A DNA stretch of 47,282 nucleotides from Octopus bimaculoides (Eukaryota). The stretch spans positions 56,712,945 through 56,760,226 of the forward strand of contig NC_068981.1 in the NCBI RefSeq assembly GCF_001194135.2, read 5' to 3'. This document shows positions 38,681 through 47,282 of the stretch, piece by piece; positions within the stretch are counted from its first letter, which is position 1, and every line of letters starts with the position of its first letter. A program made the translations under genes and the position numbers. Below the pieces are notes generated by a model that was not told the origin of the DNA, searched no databases, and saw only the letters and a program-made list of their open reading frames with translations.

Positions 38681-40935
38681 TAAATAATGAGATAACCCTG
38701 TAAAAGCCAACTTAGCCTATTTTATACCTTAACTACTATAACATACAGACGAGCAACAGTGATGTCCTATTGTTATATCAGCATTTACGTTTGACATATA
38801 TATTCTTCTGTCGATCTCATTGCAGTCTATTTCCTCAAATAAGATCCATGCTGAAAGTAAAATCGCCGTGTGTATTCTCCATTGCTACGTTAATTAAAAC
38901 TATACATGATTATATGTCCTACTTAGAAACAACTAGACACCTGAAACAGAAATCAACTCATGCAAAGCTGCATTAGCCATTTAATTATTACGCAGTTACT
39001 CGGTAGTTCGAAATACCTTTAAAATCTACCTCGAATCACTATGTTTAAAATAAAGAAACACACACTAGGCAGTATAATATCTCGTATACAATAAGACAGA
39101 TTTGCCACATCTGGAACGCTTTTGTTCTCAGACATGTTTAACCAGTGATAACAGATTATAAACAGCATCATCAACAACATTAGAAAACAATCCTATTAGC
39201 TAAAGAAAAATGTTAATATATTTAGTTTTGACTTCGAAACTTCTTGTTTAATGGCATAATCACCGGTAACATGCTGAATTCAATGCAATCTGCAAACGAC
39301 TGTACTTACACTTTCGAAAGAAGACCTTGTGACTTTATCAGAAATCATTTGTTGCAATAAACAAACCAATAAATTCATAGAACCATTACGAGATGCATTT
39401 CATTTATATATGTATTTATTTGATTCTTTATATTTGTATGTCTAAATAAAAGTGTTAAATACTATTTCGCTTTTCTATTTGTATAAGAATGATTTATTAC
39501 TCATATGGTGTAGGCAATTGTCTTAATATGGTTCTACCATTATATTTACGACTTAACGTTATATTATTTTACTTTGTTTTTGAATACTGCTTTTCATGCG
39601 TAAGTGTTTCTGTTTAAGTCGATGCAAAAGAGAAGATATTAATTGAAATTATGTATATGAGAATATGGGCGTGCGCGTGTGAGCTAGTAAATACATATTA
39701 GACATTCACTACTGTACAAGAATATTGGTTAGTAATCTCCAGAGATTTCTTTCACGTATAGTTTCTTCAATTGTTGAGCTACCTCACATGGCCTTTACAT
39801 ATCAACTTAATGCATTATTCCCGCGGGGATAAAAAGCTTCAATAATTTTACGTGCACGGCGTGTTACAAACGTTCTCTCAACTAACTGTTGCCGTTATAC
39901 AATGCTAGATGCTTCCTATGAGAATCGCCAAAAGTCTTTAAAGAACTGATGCTTCATGCAAGTACTAATTTCATATCAATTTCGAAATACCCCTAATATT
40001 GTTCGCTTTTCCCCTATGATATCTGAAAACCCCATTGATCTTATTCTTAGCTTCACCACTTCATCTATTTACTGTGTTTATTTCGGTTACGTATAAAGAT
40101 AGATAGTGCACTACTAACACTGCCTTCTGTATAAAGGAAAGAGGAACGAATTTATTGAAAACATGGAATAAGTCGAATAAATGCGAGCAAGTAATAGTTA
40201 TTCTAATTGTGTTTACTAGTCTCTGAATGCATTCAAACGTACTTGGATATATTTAATCCACTCTGAAAGTATTTTATTCACACTTCAATCTACTTACCTT
40301 CAGCTATATCTATTTGTTTCTCAGCATGCATATCTATTTATAGGTATCGATCTGATTAAATAGACAATGGTAAATATGCACATCCATATCACAAGATTCA
40401 GGGTAGTTGTTACTTCGATGCTGAGTTGTTCTCACGCCGGAAACACCCTCCCGTCTTAGCCAGATTGAATTATGAGTATCACAGCGATACATTCAGTTGT
40501 ATGCTGGCTACAGAGCCAGTAGTGTTACTGAAAAAGCTGAAACCGGGACAATGAAAATAAAGGATGATGCTTTTTTATTACTACTTTCGCTCAAACATTT
40601 ATAAAAACACATACTCTATGAGTAAGTTTGTGAGATAGATGGTGTGTATTTGTTTGTGTCAGAATAACGATGATTAGTGAAATCCCGAACATCACGAATA
40701 AAATTGCAACAAAATGAAGCAGTAGATACCATATAGATATATATAACTACAGAGAAGAACCTAGAAGATGTGGCTTAAAGATACAGACACAGCAAGGGAA
40801 CCTTGGATTATCACTAAGGATGGCGCGTCATAAATTAATATAGATCATGGCTAGATTGTTATGGACTTTTCTTTTTTAAAACATCTAATTTGTTGCGCAC
40901 TGCCAGTTCTATAAGTCATTACGCAGATTTTACTG

Positions 40936-40937
<2 letters not shown>

Positions 40938-41017
<80 letters not shown>
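40938..41017. repeat. (GT)n microsatellite
   Basis: Seen directly. Confidence 0.97.
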
Positions 41018-41018
<1 letters not shown>

Positions 41019-41440
41019 TGTGTGTTAGCGTATTGTTCCCTTGGATCTGCAGGAAGATCGTAATGTCGTTGGTGTTAGAATAAATATATATGTGCATATG
41101 TGCCTCTGTGGGTATCTATGCACCTACATTGTGTATATGTATGTGTAGCTGTTTATAGGCGCCTGTATGTGCACATATGTACCAGTATAGCTGCGTGTCA
41201 AATTGAAAGTCCTTAGATTTTCAAACTGCCGATTCTTTTATGCAAATCTTTGGTTGCTTGACTGAAATTCTTTCATTATCTAATTACCAGAGTGAGATTG
41301 AACTAAAGTCAATATGATTGACAGATTCCTTGAAGATGTTGCTTCAGTGTTAATGCAGACCAATGACTGAAGCCAGTAAAAGATTCAGAATATATATGTG
41401 TCGTGCGTCGTGTGAATAGGTATGCTTGCATGTATACACA

Positions 41441-41454
41441 CATACACACACACA

Positions 41455-41522
<68 letters not shown>

Positions 41523-41525
41523 TAC
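41441..41525. repeat. (AC)n microsatellite
   Basis: Seen directly. Confidence 0.97.
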
Positions 41526-41564
41526 ATATATGTGTGTATGTAAATAGTAAATATATTATATATA

Positions 41565-41665
41565 TCATAAGGACGTACGCATACGTCTACCTGCTAGAAA
41601 TGAGAGCTGAAACCTTCGCTTAGGTCTCCTTTCTAGCAGGTAGACGTATGCGAACGTCTTTATGA
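41565..41665. repeat. Fold-back E5: 41-bp stem with 3 mismatches and a 19-nt loop
   Basis: 41565-41605 is the reverse complement of 41625-41665. Confidence 0.9.
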
Positions 41666-41811
41666 TTGATATAATTTTAATTTAATAGCTATATAATGCT
41701 ATTTTAGGCCTGCAACCACTTATATTAATGTTGATGTTATTATCTACTATTTATATTGCCTTCGATAATAATAGCAATATTAATATCTATATAAATATTC
41801 AATATTTGCTC

Positions 41812-41843
<32 letters not shown>

Positions 41844-41848
<5 letters not shown>

Positions 41849-42295
41849 AAGATTATTTGCCAACAGAATGTGGCAGTCCTGTACAAGGACGATGTTACTG
41901 TTGTTTAGCCCCAGGAAATATTTTTTTCCAGATGGCTGTCGACACACAGTTTGTATCCGTACAGTGTAAGCAAGGGAGGTCATCGCTCACATCTCTACGT
42001 CATACTCACAGATCTAGGCTTCTGGGTTTTTTCCCGTCCTCGGTGCGAGACAATCACAGACTAGTGATGGGGTCTCATTCAACTTGCTTACACTATATAT
42101 CTTTAAGCGCCATACAGCCGTTGAGCTCGTAAAAAGAAAAACAGCTAATTTTAAATCTTTTTCTTGCGGCTAAACAGCAGGAACATTGTCCTTGTATAGG
42201 ATTGTCACATTCTGTTGGTAAATAAACTTAACTATTTGGTACTGTAACTGCATATCTCTCGCACAGAGATTTAAAATTAGCTGTTTTTCTCTTTA
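41844..42295 (-). mobile_element. Interleaved inverted-repeat element E4 with a Penelope-like architecture
   Basis: 41844-41916 is inverted relative to 42162-42234 (62/73), and 42130-42158 is inverted relative to 42267-42295 (28/29). TA-rich sequence lies on both sides. Confidence 0.65.
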
Positions 42296-43639
42296 TATAG
42301 ATATATATTACAGTGAACAAATAACCGTAAACATTCGTCGGATTGAGATTGTTTTAATTTTTATTAGAATTTTATCAGAATTTTATCAGAATTTATCAGA
42401 AGCATAAAGGAAGCACTCATGATATTTCTAGGTCTATTGAGAATAGTAAGATCGATACAAATGATCTTCAGTTTAATAGTTTGAAATCTCTTATGGCAGA
42501 AACAGTGAAAGTCTTTGCTGATGTTAAGGGAATCAACAATGTTTTCAATGCAGTTCTAAGGGGAGATAAATCACTACTGCATGGTATGTTACGCAACAGG
42601 AAAATTACATCACCCAGTTTGTACCAACACCCGCTACCTTGAGGCCTTTAGCAAAATCCATTTAGTTGCAAGGCAGAAGACTTCGTCTCCAATCTCGGGA
42701 TAACTGCCTTGCTCCTTCAATGAAGATCGGAAAAAAGGTCTATGAGTGCTGCTCTTCTTTTTCAGGCTAAGTCGTTAATATAAGTGTAATAGTTCTGTCA
42801 CTAGGGAAAGCTTACTCCCAAAATACATCTGTACTACTTGTGTTGTATGGTTGAAATATTTAATGTAAAACACCAAAATTCTAATTAGAATTACTCAGGC
42901 GATGAGGACAGGGCAACATTGCCTCAGTGACTGAAATAATTTTAATCTTTTTGATTAGGGCAGATAAACAAATTCAGATATGCTACGAGTGCAATAGGCC
43001 TTCTCAGATAAACCCACACTTCCATTTATGTGCCGATAAGGAAATTAATAATTATGATAGAATTTGTAACCCAAGTAAGAATGAAAACAGAGCGCATTAA
43101 AAATAGCAAATTATTGAAAGTAATTACTTAGAGACACCATATGCAAGAAATACCTAAGGAGAGTTGAGCCTATTCAATACAGAGTTTCAAAACTCCAATT
43201 GGAAATACTAAGAACGTGATGAGCTATAGTTAGGAGAATGTTTTCAATAAAACTACCCAATCTCTGCATTAACTCTGGCGATGTGAGTAGAATGAAATTG
43301 TCCAGGAAATTTATTTAACCTCAGGCCAATCCTGATTGAGCAACCTAATAACACGTAGAGTGCCGGTCTGAAGGCAAATAATGGATCCGCCTGAAATTAA
43401 TTAAAGAATATTCTGAAGTGATACATCGCGTGGTTATAGTGAGGTACTATAGGAATGATGCTTTTTACTTCCTAAATTATATGCCAATTTACTCAAATGG
43501 TCGCCAAATAGGAGGTGAGAAAGGTGGAATCGGTCAGCGAGTTTCTCTTCCCTCTCTTACAGCCTTGGACAAGAGAAAGAGAGTGCACTCATAACTTTGG
43601 CAGTTTCCTCGAGACTGGGAATTGTCGTTGTTGTTATTT

Positions 43640-44060
43640 TGTTTAGACAACTGTAATTCACTGTTTACAAGAAGAACCTAGGTATGAAAGGAATTCCAGA
43701 TGGTCGACGATCTCGAGGGTAATGGTAAAGTAGTGAGCATAGGATTGATGGAGATACACAGTAGTGATAAAGAACGGTGGAAAGACGGATAGATTGGCTG
43801 GAACTTGATGAAGATAATATGCAGCTAATTATTTCATAGGAGCATAAGTTGTAGTAGTAGCAATGCAAAAGACAGATTGAAGAGACAGCACGTGATTGAG
43901 TCTTTGGCAATCATTCGGTTGATTTTTTCATCTTCGTAAAATGTCAGCATCCTATATGAGAGAGTCGTATACCACTGTAGGTCATGTATTACGGTAAGAG
44001 TCGGGAGCTAAACAGAGTTGAAGTATTTTCCAGTCTAGGAAAGAAGGGTTAATCTTTGGA
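43640..44060 (-). pseudogene. CR1-clade LINE 3' end
   Basis: SRAVSSICLLHCYYYNLCSYEIISCI...SIRLS...YCVS resembles the CR1 C-terminus (RRxVASLxLFYRYYHGxCSxEL). Confidence 0.6.
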
Positions 44061-44196
44061 TTGGGACGTTTGCAGAGTTAGATACATAGGGAATCAGGAT
44101 GGATTATGAGAGATTTTAATGCCTATCACTTGTAACTACTTTAAAGGTTTTAATTGTTTATTTTCCGAAACCTGAGACGATGGTTGAACCGCAAGT

Positions 44197-44604
44197 ATAT
44201 TTGAACTGGTAACAAGTTTGCATTTATACCCATCACTGCTTAGCGCTGTCATCCTGTATTTTATTTGTTGCGAGATGTTTGAATAGTGCAACCAGTCATA
44301 GAACAATGACGGGAATATCATAAGAGGGAGCTGTCTCTTATGTCAGTTCGCAGTGTCTGCCTCTCCTGTTTGTGTTGCTGAAGAGGAGATAACCGCCCCG
44401 AAATGCATACATCCAACTATCTGGTTAGGGGAACTGTGAACTGACACGGCGTATTCGCAACTAATTGTCTACAGCAAGAAATTTTCTTTTTGACAAAATA
44501 CAGTGATTGTCTTTCTTACGGGTTCGAATATGCTTCAGGCATATTTGAACTGATTACAAGTTTGTATTTATACACATCAATGCTTAGCGCTGTCACCCCG
44601 TGTA
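44197..44604 (+). mobile_element. Retrozyme/pLTR-like unit: ~63-bp direct repeats 344 bp apart enclosing a hammerhead
   Basis: atatttgaactg..acaagtttg.atttatac.catca.tgcttagcgctgtca at 44197 and 44541, followed by (GT/GTAT)n. Confidence 0.65.
44374..44417 (+). ncRNA. Type I hammerhead ribozyme with predicted cleavage after AUC at 44413
   Basis: gttg-CTGAAGA-ggag ataaccg cccc-GAA-ATG cata CAT-C-caac. All core nucleotides are present; helix I has 4 bp, helix II 3/4 bp with G10.1-C11.1, and helix III 3 bp. Confidence 0.75.
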
Positions 44605-45199
44605 TGTATGTGTGTGTGTGTGTGTGTGTATGTGTGTGTGTGTGTGTATGTGTGTGTGTGTGTGTATGTGTGTGTGTGTGTAAACATTATCGGTGGCACA
44701 TACTTAGTGTATGTTTTTTGTTTATACACCAAATCAGCTGCGGAATAGCGTCCTGAGAAAGCTCCCTAAGCGACGCCGAATGTTGAAGAACACCTGAATG
44801 TTACAGACTAGGTGAAACAACTCGCCTCGGATTCACCGATAATGGTAGATGCCGATATTTTGTTGTTATAGAGACTTAAAAAGACCATGTCCTCGGGTCG
44901 TCTCTAAACGAGGAGAATCGTTGTTGTGTGATTTATATGCAATTAGGGTGAAGTCTGTTTAGTCGTGTGCAGTGGCATAGCACTAGTGAACATAAATTAA
45001 ATTACAAACTAAAAGTAGTTTCTAGTAATATAGACATTACCGGTCGCACATTCATAATGTATGTGCTAATTTAATTTTGGAGACAAAGATTAAAAAAAAA
45101 AGCCAAACTCACTATCTCCAATTCGATTTTCCCGCCTAGTCTCACATGATCATGAATATTGGTAATGACCGAAAGAGTCCGGTCGTGAATACAAAAGGC

Positions 45200-45510
45200 T
45201 CAAATGGAATTCCTCCAAAGGACCTAGTTCCGGTACTACGGGCATGTGTTTAGAAGGTCGCAGGAAGGAATCACAAAACGGATACTTGATGTCGAGCGAA
45301 CTGGTAGGAAAACTAACCGCAGACCAAGAACGAGATGGTTGGATAAAATCTATAGTCTCAGTTGGTCACGTTTGGGAATTCATTCGGAAAATATAATGAC
45401 GATCGCTTCAAATAGGTAGAGTCCTCAGACTTCTCCTTCTATGGAGGAAGAGCCTGAGGACTACATCACGACTCAGGAATAGTGGGCGAGTAAATGGATC
45501 GATGGATGGA
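45200..45510 (+). pseudogene. RTE-type LINE 3' end
   Basis: Reads FRYYGHVFRRSQEGITKRIL...RRPRTRWLDKIYSLSWSRLGIHSENIMTIASNR*, with a gatgg-type tail. Confidence 0.8.
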
Positions 45511-46546
45511 ACAGAAATAACAAATACGAAGAAAATCTTGGTGAAGTGGAAGATGAAAAGCTGGACGATTGTGGAGAGTAGTCACGGCAAAGAGTGAGGG
45601 GGAGAGGAAGAGAGAAAAAGAGGAAGAGAGAAAAAGAGAAGAGAGACGGGGATGACTGCCAGAGTGAGGAAGGGATGCCAAATCCGAAAGCATATAATAG
45701 TTTCTTTCTGATATGAACGAAAGTGAAAGAAAATGACTTAGTTTTGGATACGTCGAGTGTGGGTGATTTATTTTGAATTTGGTATAAATGTACTTTTTTC
45801 ACGAACTTAGTACATACATACACTCATACACATATAGACACATAGATGCATGTGTGTGTGTGCATATATATATATATATGTGTATATATATNNNNNNNNN
45901 NNNNNNNNNNNNNNNNNNNNNNNNNNNNNNNNNNNNNNNNNNNNNNNNNNNNNNNNNNNNNNNNNNNNNNNNNNNNNNNNNNNNNNNNNNNNNNNNNNNN
46001 NNNNNNNNNNNNNNNNNNNNNNNNNNNNNNNNNNNNNNNNNNNNNNNNNNNNNNNNNNNNNNNNNNNNNNNNNNNNNNNNNNNNNNNNNNNNNNNNNNNN
46101 NNNNNNNNNNNNNNNNNNNNNNNNNNNNNNNNNNNNNNNNNNNNNNNNNNNNNNNNNNNNCATAATGTAAAGGAATATATATGCATCAATTTAGGCTATT
46201 CTTAGGGCATATGGTACTGAAAAATATTAATGAAACTGAAACAGTTTTCCGTTGATAGTTCTTTTGTTGTTCTTTTTTTTTTATCGTACCTTGGAGAATA
46301 TGTAAATAATATCCGATGTTATGTTATACCGAAGTCTCGAATGCTCATCACTCATTTCAATTTTTTCTATTTTTAAGCATTATGTCTTCACTGCAATATT
46401 GAGTATAAAGTAATATAAAGCAATATAAACATGAATTGACTGTTGGCCGCGTGTAGTTCAGCTAACTAAATGATATTGCAGGTCATGTGCACCACCGCTG
46501 CGTTTTATTGAAGGCATGTTTCTTTTCGACATAATGATACTTATTT

Positions 46547-46762
46547 AAGGCGGCGAGCTGGCAGAAACGTCAGCCCGCCGGGTGAAATGCTTAACGGTAT
46601 TTCTTCTGTCTTTACGTATTAAGTTCAACTTTTGCTGAGATCGACTTTGCCTTTCATCCCTTCGGGGTCGATAAATTAAGAACCAGTTGCTTACTGGGGT
46701 TGATCTAATCGACTGGCCCCGCTCCCCAAAAATTTTGGGCCTTGTGCTTAGAGTAGAACAGA
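46547..46762 (+). mobile_element. Full-length SINE family A with a 16-bp target site duplication
   Basis: aaggcggcgagctggcagaaacg head and a gactttgcctttcatcccttcggggtcgataaattaag central domain (MetaSINE-like). The TSD ataat(g/a)atacttattt is at 46531-46546 and 46763-46778. Confidence 0.9.
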
Positions 46763-47094
46763 ATAATAATACTTATTTTTTGCGAATATAAGAGATTTAA
46801 TGAAATATTCCAGAAGTATGTATATGAAGGACAGCCCGCCATAAACAAATAACTTGTTATAGTGCTTTGATTCTATTCACGAGGCAACACGACAACTCGG
46901 TTGAGGTATTAACAGAAAGTTGTACTTAGCTTCGTAATAAACATTGATTCAGTTTTAAAACTAATAAATGAAGTATTTTGGGCCCGAATAGAAATTACTG
47001 ATGGTATACAAAACTTATAAAAGAATGCAAGATTTTGTTGTTCTCATGACAGAAACTGGGCAGACAAGTATACCTACTTATAATACTTTCTGCT

Positions 47095-47190
47095 ATAAGC
47101 AGAAGGCCTGAAATTTAGGAGGTGGGGGGGGGGGCTATTCAATGACATCAACTGCAATGCTGAACTGGTAGTTATTTTATCGATCCTTGT
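47095..47190 (-). mobile_element. SINE family A 3' fragment
   Basis: aaggcctgaaattt...actggtagttattttatcgatcc matches the reverse complement of the family tail. Confidence 0.65.
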
Positions 47191-47282
47191 TTTTGGAATT
47201 GTTTGGATAATACCATACTATATTCTGGTACCTAAACTTAAGTGCCACATTCAATTTTGAATCTAAATTATATATATATATA

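Overview
AT-rich, microsatellite-dense eukaryotic DNA from a gapped short-read assembly (8 N-gaps, nearly all flanked by simple repeats). The SINE families and repeat landscape look like octopus/coleoid cephalopod DNA (inference, not verified). I found no host protein-coding gene, and most listed ORFs are microsatellite or N artefacts. The window holds transposon remnants: a near-intact Tc1 transposase, a mariner made of two 5' ends, CR1-, RTE- and Tx1-type LINE fragments, a possible Gypsy gag fragment and about eight SINE copies. The strongest unexplained signal is a complete type I hammerhead ribozyme core (44374-44417) inside a 344-bp-period direct-repeat unit, which looks like a retrozyme or Penelope pLTR. 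Five (TA)n-anchored fold-back elements also occur, one with mirrored hammerhead-like cores on both strands. All coordinates and translations were read by eye, and degraded-LINE boundaries are approximate.
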